A stretch of DNA of 64,000 nucleotides from Chiloscyllium plagiosum (Eukaryota), in contig NC_057718.1 of NCBI RefSeq assembly GCF_004010195.1, positions 102,222,079-102,286,078 on the forward strand, read 5' to 3'. Below the pieces are notes generated by a model. The model made no database searches. It worked only from the letters and a program-made list of their open reading frames with translations, and was not told the origin of the DNA. The position numbers and the translations under genes are program-made. Below, in pieces: positions 37,922-51,970 of this stretch; the stretch's first letter is position 1, and each line of letters opens with the position of its first letter.

Positions 37922-38900
37922 CCTCTTATAGTTTTGCAGACCTCTATCAGGTATCCTTTCAGTCGGCATCTCTGAGTTACTCCTTAAAAGTGAAAGCTTA
38001 CAGCAACTGAGGGAAATCAACTGGCTTTCTTCAGACTTTAAGTGCTTTATTAACTGCTGAGAGAAGGACATCACCTTCTTTTCCAGAGGTCCCACAGCTT
38101 CTGACTAATCATTCGCAACCATAAGCTGGTCAGGAACCTGACAGCCAATCATATAGTCATGAGCAGGCAGAAGGCCTTTGTCATCAGCAACTGGTCATCA
38201 CTCCACAGACCAATCAGCTACTTGTTACCAGCCAGATCTCATTTTGTACCCACTCCGTGGTTCCAACTCATCTGTAGTAATGTTCACCCAATGAATTGAA
38301 CAAATAGTTGTGTGAACAACACTTACAATGAGAGCTGGTCGCTTGCTTTTAAAATGTACAGCAATCCCTTCCACGATCCATGGTTTAAAGTAGTCCTTAT
38401 CCTATTTTAGTCCACAATCAAAAATGCAGAAAATTAAAGAGATATGGTCTTTGGAAATTAAATAACCACAGATCATTTTCTCTTCATCTCTACGGATGTG
38501 GCATTTAGGTGGTAAAATCAACTGGTAGACGCTGTAGAAAATGAACAATTTAATGAATTACCTCAAAAGTACATTCCAGAACATTTAAATCATTTTTTAG
38601 TATGCTTGCAGGTGAACACATAAAAAGGTGTAGTGATCTCATTGTAGAAGTTCATTAAGATTTAATTGTGCTTGTCTAACTTTGCGTTTTCATTCTCAAC
38701 AACAATTCCAAGTGTTACTGTAATTGACTTCTTTTGTCTATCAATGTCAACAATCTTTCTTCTGGGATTCAACTTACATGACGCATAATCATACCCAATA
38801 GCAGTGTGTGTTTAAGAATCTCTGACTGCTGGGAATTATTCCATTAAATGTCTTAAAATCCAATAACAAAACTACAGCTGCAGCATATTGCAAACAAAGT

Positions 38901-40481
38901 TGAAATAACTCCACTAAGGCTGGTATTCCATCATCAAGTCAGCCTTTATTTTCACGTGCACAGTACTTGACATTAGTCCAGCTCCCTCAGAGCCAGCTCT
39001 CTTGAGTGAACAGAACCCCTGACTCTCCTGTTTATAACTTTTTATTTATTAACCTATTTTCCCAATCAACCTGATCAGAAACCTCTGGAGTAGATACATA
39101 AAAATATGTCATTTAATATGATTAGGTTTTTGGGGATACTTATTTTTTCTACTTGAACCTGGGCCTCTTCGTCCAGGGATAGGGACACTACTACTGTGCC
39201 ACAAGAGGACCCTTAAATTATTGAATTCAAATTCCACCATCAGCCACGGTGGGATTTGATTACAGGTCCCCAGAACATTATCTGGGTCTTTGGATTAACA
39301 GGGCAGCAATAATACCACAAGGCTATTGCTTCCCCCTGTGAAGTTTTTCCTTCCCCCCAATTTTACTACTTTTTCCTCAACCTCAGAGGGTTACCTCAGA
39401 TTACAACAGGATGTTGATCAGATGGGCCAATGGGCTGAGGAGTAGCTGTTGGAGTTTAATTTAGATAAATGTGAGGTGCTGTCTTTTGGGAAAGCAAATC
39501 TTAGCAAGACTTATACACTTAATGGTAAGGTCCTTGGGAGTGTTGGTGAACAAAGTGACCTTGGAGTGCAGGTCCATAGCTCCTTGAAATGGAGTCGCAG
39601 GTAGATAGGATAGTGAAGAAGGCATTTAGTATGCTTTCCTTTATTGGTTAGAGTATTGAGTACAGGAGTTGGGAGGTCATGTTGTGGCTGTACAGGACAT
39701 TGGTTAAACCACTTTTGGAATATTGCGTGCAATTCTGGTCTCCTTCCTATCGGAAAGGTGTTGTGAAACTTGAAAGAGTTCAGAAAAGATTTAGAAGGAT
39801 GTTGCCAGGGTTGGAGGGTTTGAGCTATAGGGAGAGGCTGAACAGGCTGGGGCTGTTTTCCCTGGAGCGTCGGAGGCTGAGGGGTGACCTTATAGAGGTT
39901 TACAAAATCATGAGGGGCATGGATAGGGTAAATAGGCAAGGTCTTTTCCCTCAGGTGGGGGAGTCCAGAACTACAGGGCATAGGTTTAGGGTGAGAATGG
40001 AAAGATATAAAAGGGACCTAAGGGGCAACGATTTCACACAGAGGGTGGTACGTGAATTGAATGAGCTGCCAGAGGAAGTGGTGGAGGCTGGTACAATTGC
40101 AACATTTAAAAGGCATCTGGATGGGTATATGAATAGGAAGGGTTTGGAGGGATTGGGCCAGGTGCTGGCAGGTGGGACTAGATTGGGTTGAGATATCTGG
40201 CCGGCATGGACAGGTTGGACCGAAAGGTCTGTTTCTGAGCCGTACATCTCTATGACTCTAATCTGTTCGGAGATGTTATTACACCCCTCTGGAGCAGGTG
40301 GGGCTTGAACCCAGGTCTCTTGATTCAGGGGTAGGGACACTATCACTTTGCCACAAGACAGCCTCACTTTCCTGTCTATACCTGTCAGCCAAGGCTCCCT
40401 GATTGGGGCTGTTAACCTGGTCCAATCAGCCAAACCTATATTCTATGAGTTCCACTGGCTGACCTTGTTACAATCACTTCA
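38901..40481 (-). mobile_element. Probable short solo LTR split by about 1.3 kb of nested insertions
   Basis: Outer pieces 38901-39037 and 40362-40481 join into a TG...CA element with minus-strand AATAAA near 38945; flanks AAAGT/AAATT. Confidence 0.55.
39385..40260 (+). mobile_element. CR1 (HER1-like) LINE 3' portion
   Basis: ORF 39679..40191 is a CR1 ORF2 C-terminus, very similar to 34667-35350; ctatgactcta tail. Confidence 0.95.
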
Positions 40482-41494
40482 AAATTCATAAACTTCCAAA
40501 AAGCACTTTCAGTCTTTTGCAACATTTAAAAGACATCTGGATGGGAATATGAATAAGAAGGGTTTGGAAGGATTGGGGCTGGGTGCTGTCAAATGGGACA
40601 AGGTTGGGTTGGGATATCTGGTTGGCATGGACAAGTTGGACCAAAGGGTCTGCTTCCGTGCTGTATATCTCTATGACTCTATGACTCTTTTTCATACTTA
40701 GCTTGTAAACTAAACCAGTTAAGTTAAAGAATCACTGAAACTGTTTCACAGCAAGATTAATAATAATAGAAGTCCTGTACCTCTGTGCAAGTGTTTGTAA
40801 TATTGACCAGTGCTATTGCACACTGTACAGGTATACAATAAGCATGAAAGTATGTCATTTAATAATTGATTAGGTTTCTGGGTATATTTACTTTTTCTAT
40901 TTGGTATTACATTTCTGTTTAAAATAATTAATCCAGTTATAACATGTCTGCATAATTTTGTTAACAAGGAAAATTTCAAATTTAAAAAAATACAGCTTCG
41001 AGCCACAGTTGCATTATGAAATTTAACATGATCACTTAATGAAAATATTACCACTTCATTTGCTGCATTGGAGCAGACAGACTCTCAAGAGATAATTCTG
41101 AACCATTACAAAGAACTTAGAAAAAAGGGAATAGGTTTATTTCACGTCGTTTTTTTAAATTGTTACACCTCTCTGGGGTAGCACAGTGAAAATCAAGCCT
41201 GGCTAGTTTTTGGAGTTGTCACAAACGTTAAAGGTTTTTAGAAAGAGTGCCAAATTCACCAGTTTCTCTGTCTTTCAGATCCAGGTTGGCAGAGAGCACA
41301 GACCAGATTTCTGTTCTTAACAAGAATGATGATTTATTCCAAATAAATGGATTGTAGCGACAGATAAATGATATGAATCATTGAGATATAACTCCACTAG
41401 TCAAAATCATAACCCACTTAGGCAACCCTATACAGACACAAGAAGCATTGGTAATCTGGATGGAGGGAAAGCAGTTCCATGGTTCTTGTCCACA

Positions 41495-41756
41495 GAATTC
41501 ACAGAATCCCTACAGTGTGGAAGCACGACCCATTGAGTCCGCACCGACCTTCCAAACAGCATTCCACCCAGACCCAACGCCTTACTGATAAACCTACATT
41601 TCCCATGGCCAATTCACCTCATGCACAGCACTTGGCAGAAACCCACGCAGACACAGGGACAACATGCAAACTCCTCACAGACAGTTGCCTGAGGGTGAAA
41701 TCAAACCTAGTTTCGTGGTGCTGTGAGGCAGCAGTGCTAACCACTGAGCCACCATG
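41495..41756 (-). mobile_element. HE1-type V-SINE, diverged and deleted
   Basis: Reverse complement of HE1 head and tail. Confidence 0.8.
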
Positions 41757-43094
41757 ATACCCTTGCTGCTCCTGGATGTTCCTTCTCCAATTGGTAGACA
41801 CTTCTAATGTGGAATAATCTGCACCTTGCTAACTATAAGAGATTCTTCAAGTTAGACCATGAAGCAGTTATCCTTTACCACGCTGGATCTAATGGGTCCT
41901 GTAGCTTCCTGCAGTTAAAGACGATGGAAGATCTTCAGCATGAGCAGCAGGTCATAAAGTGGTGTGAGCTGGTCCTGCTCATCAATGTCGACCTTTAAAT
42001 TCAAGGGAGTCAATGGTCATGGGGCAGGGGTGGAATGGGGTGAGAGGGATGGTGAGGAGAACAGTGCAGTCAAGAAAATGGAGCTGAGACCGTGACCACA
42101 ACCACCATGATCTCACTGAATGGGGAAGCAGGCTTGAGGTACCAAATGGCCTCCTCCTGCTCCTGACTCATATGGTCCTATGAAGAAAAGGGAGATTGAA
42201 AAAAATGACTTTACAGAAGAAATCTTAAATACCATCAGGTACACTTGCAAGGAAAGCTTCTACTGTACTCAAAGTGCATAATTTTTCGGGATGCAGCCCA
42301 AATCTTTTCTGGCATGGATGAGTTGGGCTGAATGGTCTGTTTTCATCCTGTATGACTCTCTGACTCTCTATGACTCTGACTAAGTGAATGTTGAAACCTA
42401 TCATGGTTGGAAATGGAGAGTTTTTCTGGAGTAGACAATTTCATCCTTCTGCCCTCATTTGCCTCACCATTGGCAGATGTGATTTTAACCACAAGGATCT
42501 CAAAGTTTTCCTTTGTGAAACTCTCAGTTTCTCTATCTTCCTTTATCTTTGAATATTTCCCTTTGTTATCCAGCTTCCAGTCATGCCTTTTCATATCACC
42601 TTCCTTCAACCAAATTTTTGCAATTTGCTACATCTCCTTGGACCATTAACAGTCTGATCTATAAATGCAGTGTTAATGCCTGTGTTGAACCATTTTAGAA
42701 TTAAAATAAACTTGCAGTTAAATGTGACTTTCATACCTACAGCATACTCCAAAGCACTTTTGCTGAGTTGGATGAATGGTTGGTTTATGGTGCAGAATGA
42801 TGGTATGGTTCAGTTTGTGTACTTACTGAGGTTCCCATGCAGTAGCTGTCTCTTTCAAATTACCTCTTGTCTGAGGTTGGTGACCCTCATGTTAAACTGA
42901 CCAGCAGCTAGCTAGCTATCTGTCTCTCTTTCACTCTCACTTTCTCCTCCCCGCTCTCTCCGTTACCCCCCCCCCCCCCCCCCCCACCCCCCAGTGAGAT
43001 ATCAGATTCTGGTAATGTTCACGTCAGCCAACAAATTGTAGTCACTGCCCTGGCAACCAATCTGTGCACAACAAGCTTCCACCAGACTGCAATG

Positions 43095-43721
43095 TGTGAC
43101 AATGCTGTCACTTTAAAAACATTATTTTCTCCTGGGTTTTTATTGAAGAGGGGTTGTAAAGGCAGAGGTGCTGACCTGACTATTGGAAACAGCTTAAGTA
43201 AATAACTTAGGAGGCCTATATTTTTTTTTTAAACAGTTAGAACAATGGAAGGGGGTAGCTAGCTCCCACAGACCAGGCTTTCTAGTGTTTTAGCTGTAGC
43301 TTCAGAAGCTGTTTGGGGTCCCAGAATAGTTGGAAGCTTCAGTAAACAATGCTACTTTTTCTGAAATCTCTCTTGAGGTTGTTTCCTCCCTTGGTTTGAG
43401 AACTGCATGTAATAATCTGCATCTGAATTTTTGTCAAGGGGTGTGTTTATGGGATATTACTACATTGGAACAGTTAATTAGTAATAGGTACTGCATTTAT
43501 TATTCAGTTAAGTTTCCCAGTAGTTAAGTTATTCTAAACTCCTCTTCCTCTTGCTTATATTTTAACTACAGTGCCTAAATGAATTGTATGTTGCTCAATG
43601 TTGAGTAGTTTGACCAGTCACATCACATCTGGAACAGACACTTCACATCTACCTTTAAAATAAGAAAAAGTTAGCGGCTAAAATATGAGCCCTTTGAGGG
43701 GGTCTGGTCCAGTCCATAACA
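43095..43721 (+). mobile_element. Probable solo LTR inserted in a DeuSINE-like element
   Basis: TGTGAC...CATAACA termini, flanks AATG/AGTG (4-bp TSD with one change), SINE sequence continues on both sides. Confidence 0.65.
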
Positions 43722-46322
43722 AGTGTAATAATGAGCCCGACATTTTTTTCCTATATATCTTGATTGAGGGATAAATATTGACCAGGACAGGTGAGAGAAT
43801 GCTATTGTACCTCTTTAAAATAGTGCTAAACAATCCTTTAGATCCATTTAAGAAATCAGCTGGGGCCTCACCCAGAGGACAGGGTCTTTGACAGGGCAGC
43901 GCTCCCTTTGTATGCACTGGAGTGGTCAGCACAGATTTTTGTGTATGGTGTTTAGAACTTTCAGATTTACGCACTTGTCACTGTCCTGAATATGTATTGG
44001 CGGTCTTTTCTTTTCAACCAGAAATGCACATTAGAAATCTGATCATTTGCTTTTTCCAGTTAATCAAGCACAATGCATTTCAAAATATCCGACCTGTTCT
44101 TCCAACTGACAAAGCTCTGAACCAAGAAAGCTGAAGGGTCCCTGTGAAATGTAGTTCGAGGTTAAATTGCTGAATTGGTTCACAGCTGCACTTGTACCTC
44201 GACACATTTCATCAGCACTCTGAGTGCCAAAAAGTCTTATGTCATGAGTTCATCTCCATTAAGAGCTGAAACGCGGAGCCAAAAATTAAATTCACAACCA
44301 GTAGAGGATATTGATGAAAGAAATGCCTTATATAACTCACAATAAAGAATCCACTTTCAATTCATTTCATAAACTATTGCCCTAAACCTAAGTGATAATG
44401 TCGCTTTGCACATGGACCCATGCCAACATGGTATATTTTCCATTCTTTACCTGTATGCAGGTTCAGGGTAGTTAGCCGTGTCTCTATCTCTTGGCAGCAT
44501 CCAACTATTCATATTACAAATCATGTGTGGGGGACACCCATTAGAACAAAAATGAGGTTCATCTGCATTTTCTTTTTTTATGTCATAGTCAAACACCAAC
44601 ACAAATGGTTAGCATCAAAAATGGATAATGGCCTGTTAGGCATGCTCCCAAATAACAGTCAGTGTCCATGGAACTGAGATGAGAAGGCAAGATATATACT
44701 TGGCGAGGAATGAAATTAAACACCAGGTTTCCAGGCTATACACGGGTTGGTGATTCCAATCTGTGGACTGCTCTCAGCCCACTGAGAGTGCAGTGAACAA
44801 ACTGCACATACTCTCACCCAAAGCTAATGGGAACGGCAACATGGCCAAAATGTTTAGTTGACCTGCTATAGGAAGGTGAGAGTCTGCAGGAAAGATTTAC
44901 CAGGATGTTGCTAGGGATGGAGGGTCTGAGTGATAAAAATTGGCTGGATAGGCTGGGACCTTTTTCACAGGAGTGTAGGAGGTTGAGGGATGACCTGATA
45001 GAGCTTTATAAATTCATGAGGGACATAGATAAGGCACATATGCTGACACACACACATACACACACACACACAAAGACACACACACACACAATGCTGGAGA
45101 CCTGAAACAAACAAAACAGAAATTGCTGCAGAAACTCAGCAAGTCTGACAGTATCAATGCAGAGAGAATAGAGTTAACGTTTGAAGTCCAGTTACCCTTC
45201 TTCAGACCATTTAGCTCATCATGAGTTCTATTCCCTAGCATCAATCTCCTGCATTTTCCCCCCAAACCTTCATACACCACTTCTATCCAAATAACCACCC
45301 AATGTCTCCCCTGAATGCCTCAACTGATCTGGCCTCCACCACATTTCCAGCCAGTGCATTCACACACCCTGACTACTCGCTGTGAGAAAAAGGTTTCTCT
45401 TATTTCATTTGCATAGCACCTTAATTCATTTGATTCACTAACGTTCTTCAGGAAAAACAGTATGCTGGTCTACATGTGACTCAAGGGTCTGATTCTTAAC
45501 TGCTGTATGACACAGTCCTTAGAGGCAAGGACCAAAGGCAACTGCTGGTCTTTGCAATGATAGCCACAACATATGGAAGAATAACGTATGTTTGATTAAT
45601 TACCTGGAATAGAATATATGCATGTTTTTTCTGTGGGAAAATAAGGTTCCTTGGAGTGTAAGGGAGTGTGCCATGATATGAAGAAGGGGAACTCTGAGTA
45701 ACAGCCCTCAAGACAAGCTGTTTGGGGCCATTGTAATAGCAATGTGAAAAGTGACAAAAGGAAAACACAGAACATTCTGAATGGGAGAAGAGAAATATAA
45801 AGAAGGAAAGTTACTAAAAGTGACTCTTGTTTAAGTATTCCCTGTTCCTCCCTGAATTTTCAGGATACTTGGCTTGATGGGGTGGCAAATTGCTATAGAA
45901 ACAGGTTGTAAGGCAATGTCCTTTGAGGAAGGAAAATTGCCACCACCTCCTGATTCACAAGATAGTAACCCCACCTGAATGTTCTTTGAAGTGATCCACA
46001 AACCCTTAGGTTGTGCCCATTGCCACCTTCTTGGGTTACAAAGCCATATGTGACCCTATCACTTACAGCAAAGAAACTTCAGCAAAGTCAGCTACCCCAA
46101 ATAAATAAGCCCAGAGCAGTTATAACATTGCAAGAGATCAGAACTGTACAGAGGACTCCAAGTGCAGTCACACGAATGTACAGTTGTAGCAAGACTTCCC
46201 AACTCTGATCCTTCATCCCCTCTTGCAATAAAGGTCAACACTCTATTTGCCTGCCTAACTACTTGCTATACTTTTGTTATTCACTCATAGGACGTGGGTG
46301 TTACTTGCTGGGCCAGCATCTA

Positions 46323-46481
46323 CAGAGGGACCTCAATTATCCAGTATTGGATTATCCGAATTTTGGATTATCCAGCAAGATTGCAAGGTTCCGATGCTTG
46401 GATAAACTATGTTACCTGGCATTCGATTAACTGTACGAAATACTCCACACCTGTGCCCTTCGAATAATCGAGGTTTCCTTG
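46323..46481. mobile_element. 159-bp Tc1/mariner (pogo/Tigger-like) MITE with TA TSD
   Basis: TA|CAGAGGGACCTCAATTATCC ... GAATAATCGAGGTTTCCTTG|TA; interrupts a LINE-tail repeat. Confidence 0.85.
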
Positions 46482-49339
46482 TATTGCCCACCTCTAGTAG
46501 TCCCCTTGAGCTGCCTTCTTGAACCCCTGCAGTTCATGCGATTAGGGATATGAGGGAGAGTATTCCAGGATTCCAACCCAACAGCACTGAAGGAACGGCA
46601 ATTTATTTCCAAAAGCCCAGGATGGTGAGTGACTTAGAGGGGTAATTGAAGGGAGGGGTGTTCCCCTGTATCTGCTGCCCTCGTCCTTCTAGGTATGGGG
46701 GCCATTTCCTGATCTGGAATGAGGCCGTGTATACAATGGCCTGGAATTCTATCATAACTGGAAAGTTAAAGCAGTTTTTATAGCTTTACTATTTCATTGG
46801 GTATGGGAGTCATTGGGCAAGACCAGTATTTGTTGCCCATTTCTAACTGCCTTGAACTGAACGATTTACTCGGCTAATTCAGCAGGCAGTTAAGAGTCAA
46901 CCCCATTGCTGTGGGTCTGGAATCACATGTAGGCCAAACCAGGTAAGGATGGCAGGTTCCTTCCCTAAAGGACATTAATGAACCGGATAGGTTTTGCAGA
47001 ACAATTGTCAATGGTTGCATGGTTACTACTACACAGGCGTTGCTTGGATTCCAGATATATTTATTGAGTTCAGGTTTCACCATCTGCCCATGCCCCCACA
47101 GCATTGAGTTGGGCTTTTGGGTTTAGTGATCCCCGGTGAGATTGACACAACACCACCACCTCCCAAAGTGTGCCTGAAATTTCCTGATAATCTGGAGGAA
47201 CATTAAAATTTGGTGTAAAACAAGCAGTGATAATCTGGGATTGGGATAAATGGAAAAGCTACATCATATTCTTTTGCAAAAATAATACTTGGAGCAAGCA
47301 AATAATCATAGCAAGCAAAACATGCTTAAGAAACGCAATTATAGAAGTTTTTCCATTATTAATGGAATTCAGTGTGATATCTTGATAATATTGAGAGCAC
47401 AAGTGTCCGGGGAGGAGAATTGTATTTCTAATTTGTAGAAATGTCAACCTGAAACATCAAATCCTGCTGCTCTCAAAAGGTTAGGTGTAAATTCAGTTCC
47501 ATTCAGGGAATCTACATTCTATTCTTGTGCCATCATTGAAGCCCATAGACAGATTATAGCCACAAGCAGACAACAGATCATTCCACTGTTCCACACTTCT
47601 CTCATTGGGGTATTCAGCCATGGAACATTTCTCTAATGTACAGTAGAGCGTGTAAATGCTGTAGAGCTACATAAAAGGCAAAAATTGTTTGCTTCAAACC
47701 ATTAAATCTCTGATTTATCTTCTGCACATGAAATGTTAGATAAGCTGATAATTTTGGGAGTCTTTCTGCTCACGACATGCTGTCAAACCTTTGATTTGTC
47801 TCCATCTGTGACACAGAAGTGTAATTAACGTCTGTCTGTGCATAATGAAACTGGAATGTTCTCACCAATTAATTTTTTGGACTTTAGTGATTAGGAGGGA
47901 AACATTGTCCTTGTTAAAAAAATGATTTTTGTGGAATGTGGGCATCATTGGCTAGGCCAGCATTTATTACCCTTCCAAAATTATCCTTGAGAGCAGTTAG
48001 GACACACTGCTATGGATCTGGAAGCTAGATCAGGTAAGGACTGCAGATTTCCTTCCATAAAGGATATTAATGAACTGGGATGAGTTCCTACAACAAACAA
48101 TGATAGCTGTGATGCTCACCATCACTTGGATTATAGATTTTTAACATCAAACTTAAAATCACCCCAGCTCAGTTAGTAGAACTTGAAACCATGTCCATCC
48201 CTGATGTCCCCTTCTCTCGCTCCCCCAACCTTCTCCCCCCCTTACTGCTCCTCCTCCTCCCGACCATCTTCCCCCTGCCCCTCCCCTTTTCCCTCTCCCT
48301 CTCTGGGCCCTGTCCAAGGACATTAACATGGGTTTCTGAACCTACAACTACTGCACCACCATCTTCCCATTATCATAACTAGTGTTCATCTCCACATTTT
48401 CTTTTCAATCTATTAACTGAATTTAAATTCCACCAGCTCCCCAGTGGACTTTACAGTTGAGGAACTTGGCTTACAATAATACAAACAGAAAGAGCTGGAG
48501 AAACTGCAGGTCTGGCAGGGCAGAGAGAAACAAAGTTAACGTTCCAAGTCTGGCGACTCTTCTCCAGAACGGAAGGGAGCCAGAAAACTGATATTTTTAA
48601 TGCTGTTGACAAATGAGGAGGAGGAGTGAGTGGGACAGATGCTGAGGATGTTCAGAGTCTTAGAGTCCTGGAGTTTTACAGCATGGAATGAGGGCCTTCA
48701 ACTCATTGTGTCTATACCGGTCAGCTAGTCCCTACCTACACTCGTCCCATTTATGGCCCATAGCCTTGTTTGTTAATGTACTTCCAGTGATCACCTAAAT
48801 ATTTCTGGAATGCTGAGATGGTTCTTACCTGCACCATCTCTTTCTGGTAGTGAGTTCCAGATGCCCACCACAGAATTGTTTCAGGTAAGCGTTCATCAGT
48901 CAACTGAAAATTTCTCACAATACAAAAGCAGTATGTACAAGGTTAGATAAGGCAATTGGCATCCCAGTTGGACCTGAAGTAGAAAATCCAGTCCCCGTTC
49001 TGCCATTCAATACGATAGTGGTTGGTCGGTTTGTGTATGAAGACCCACGCACTTAAATCGAACCCAGGTCCCTGGCGCTGAGAGGCAGCAGTGCTAACCA
49101 CTGAGCAACCATGCTGTGTGGTGTAAGCATGTTCAAGCTAAACCTTATCAATAGTCATTCCCCATAAGCTGGGATTTGAAATGATATTTAAGTCAGGACA
49201 GCATCTGCAATCAATACTTTGACTTAACACAATGATCATCAATCATTATGGAAAACATTCTGGACAAATCTTTTACCCATCATGCATTAGGACTTCCATC
49301 AGGAGTGGCATGTGGCCAGGTTACACTGGGCTGGCCATT

Positions 49340-49680
49340 CGCACTCTCTTGCTCACACACACACACGCACACACATACTCTCACTCTCACACACAAGTGT
49401 TCTCTCTCACTGTCACACACAATCTCACAGATGCATGCTCTCTCTCACACACACATGCTCACTTTGTCTCACACACACTCACTCGCACGTTCACTCTCAC
49501 TCATATGCATGCTCACTCTCACAAGCACACTTTCTCACTCGTGTGCTCACACACATGCTCTCTCACTCTCACAGGCACACCCACACCTATACACACACAC
49601 ACACTTATGCACTCATACATGCTCCTTCACACACAAACAGACTCTCTCTCTCACTCACACACACTCACACACACACTTCT
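49340..49680. repeat. Degenerate (CA/CT)n low-complexity tract
   Basis: Directly visible. Confidence 0.9.
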
Positions 49681-50329
49681 CTGTCGAAGAAGAAGAGGTA
49701 GGGTATTCACGGCAGAGATCAATACATTTCTGGGTGTCGAGATAATCAAGGTATATCGCTGTAACATGGATGTCAGCAGATTCAATGATGGCAATGCCAT
49801 TGAACATTACGAGGTATTGGTTAGATTCCCTTTTGTTGGAGATGGTCACTCTCTGATATTTGTGTAGCATGAATGTTACATGCAACTTCTCAGCCCCAGT
49901 CTGAATGTTGCCCAGATCTGGCTGGATGGGATTATGAACTACTTTAATATCGGAGGAGTTGTGATTAGTTCTGAATATTGTGCATTCAAAACCAAACATG
50001 CCTAGTGTTTGATGGAGAGGAGGTGGAATTGAGTGAGTCTGGCAGAACACAAACTGGCATCAATGAGCAGGTTATTGCTTGATAGCACTATCAATAAACA
50101 CTCTGCTGACGATCAAGAGTAGTAACTGGCCGGGTTGAATTTGTCCTGCTTTTTGCGTACAGGAAATACCCGGGCAATTTTCCACATTGTAGGGCAGATG
50201 CCAGTGTTGTAACTGTACTGGAACAGCTTGGTTAGGGGAGCAGCAAGTTCTCAAGCACAAGTTTTCAGTAGTATTGCCAGAATGTTGTCAGGCCCAAAGC
50301 CTTTGCAGGATCCTGTGACTTCAACTGTC

Positions 50330-51402
50330 TAGATATAGAATTGGCTGGTCCATAGAAGACAGAGGGTGGTAGTAGATAGAAAGTATTCAGCCTGGAGCTC
50401 GGTGACCAGTGGTGTTCCACAGGGATCTCTTCTGGGACCTCTGCTCTTCGTGATTTTTATAAGTGACTTGGATGAGGAAGTGGGAGGGTGGATTAGTAAG
50501 TTTGCTGTTGACATGAAAGCTGGTTGATTTGAGGATAGTGTGGAGGGCCATTGTAGGTTGTAATGGGACATTGACAGGATGTGGAATTGGGCTGAGGAGT
50601 GGCAGATGAAGTTCAACCTGGGAAAGTGTGAAGCGATTCATTTTGGAAGGGCAAATTTGAATGCAGAATACAGGGATACAGGCAGGATTTTTGGCAGTGT
50701 GGAGGAACAGAGGGACCTTGGCATCCACATCCATTGATCCCTCAAAGTTGCCACCCAAGTTGATAGGGTAATTAAGAAGGCATATGGTTTGTTGGCTTTC
50801 ATTAGCAGGGGGATTCACTTTAAGAGTCATGAGGTTATGCTGCAGCTCTATAGAACCCTGATTAGACCACACTCGGAATATTGTGTTCAGTTCTGGTCAT
50901 CTTGTTATAGGAAGGATGAGGAAGCTTTCGAGAGGGTTCAGAGGAGATGTACCAGGATGCTACCTGGAGTGGAGGGCATGTCTTATGAAGAAAGGTTCAG
51001 GGAGCTAGGGATTTTTTCATTGAAGCGAAGAAGGATGAGAGGTGACTTGATAGAGGTGTACAGGATGATGACAGACATAGACAGAGTGGATAGCCAGAGA
51101 CATTTTCCCAGGGTGGAAATGGCTATCATGAGGGGGCATAACGTTAAGGTGATTGGAGAAGGTTTAGGTCGGTTGTCAGAGGTAGGTTCTTTACACAGAG
51201 AGTGTTGTGTGCGTGGAATATTCTGCCTGCAATGGTAGTAGAGTCAGATACATTAGGGACATTGAAGCGACACTTGGATAGGCACATGGATGATAATAAA
51301 CTGAAGGCTATGTAAGTTAGTCTGATTTTAAAGTAGGATCAAAGGTCAGCACAACATCAAGGGCCAAAGGGCCTGTACTATGCTGTACTGTTCTATGTTC
51401 TA
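50330..51402 (+). mobile_element. CR1 LINE RT to 3' tail, same subfamily as 17420-18612
   Basis: FKSHEVMLQLYRTLIRPHSEYCVQFW..ERVQRR..RGDLIEVY; gttctat tail. Confidence 0.93.
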
Positions 51403-51484
51403 TCATATGGAGTGAACTGAATTACTGAATTGGCTGAAAATTGGCACCTGTGACACTGGGGACTCTGTAGGAGGCTGACATGGA

Positions 51485-51970
51485 TCATAGAAACATAGAA
51501 GATATGAGCAGGAGGAGGACATTCGGCCCTTTGAGCTTGCCCTACCATTCATCACGGTCATGGCTGATTGACCAACTTAATAGCTTCATCTTACTTTTTC
51601 CCCATAACCTTTGATCCCATTCACCCCAAGTACTATATATAGACACCTTTAGAATACATTCAATGTTTTGGCATCAACTATTTCCTGTGGTAATGAATTC
51701 CACAGGCTCACCACTCTCTGGATGAAGAAATGTCTCCTCATCTCAGTCCTAAATGGTTCATCCTGAATCCTCAGACTGTGACCCTCTGGTTCTGGACTCA
51801 GCAGCCATTGGGAACATCCACCTTGCATCCATCCTGTCTAGTCCTGTTGAATTTTATAAGTCTGTATGAGGTCCCTCCTTATTTGTCTGAACTCCAGTGA
51901 AAACAATCCTAACTGAGTCAATCTCTCCTCATATGTCAGTCCCACCATCCCCGGAATCAGCCTGGAAACC
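51485..51970 (-). mobile_element. CR1 LINE 3' fragment
   Basis: Homologous to 10157-10540. Confidence 0.8.
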
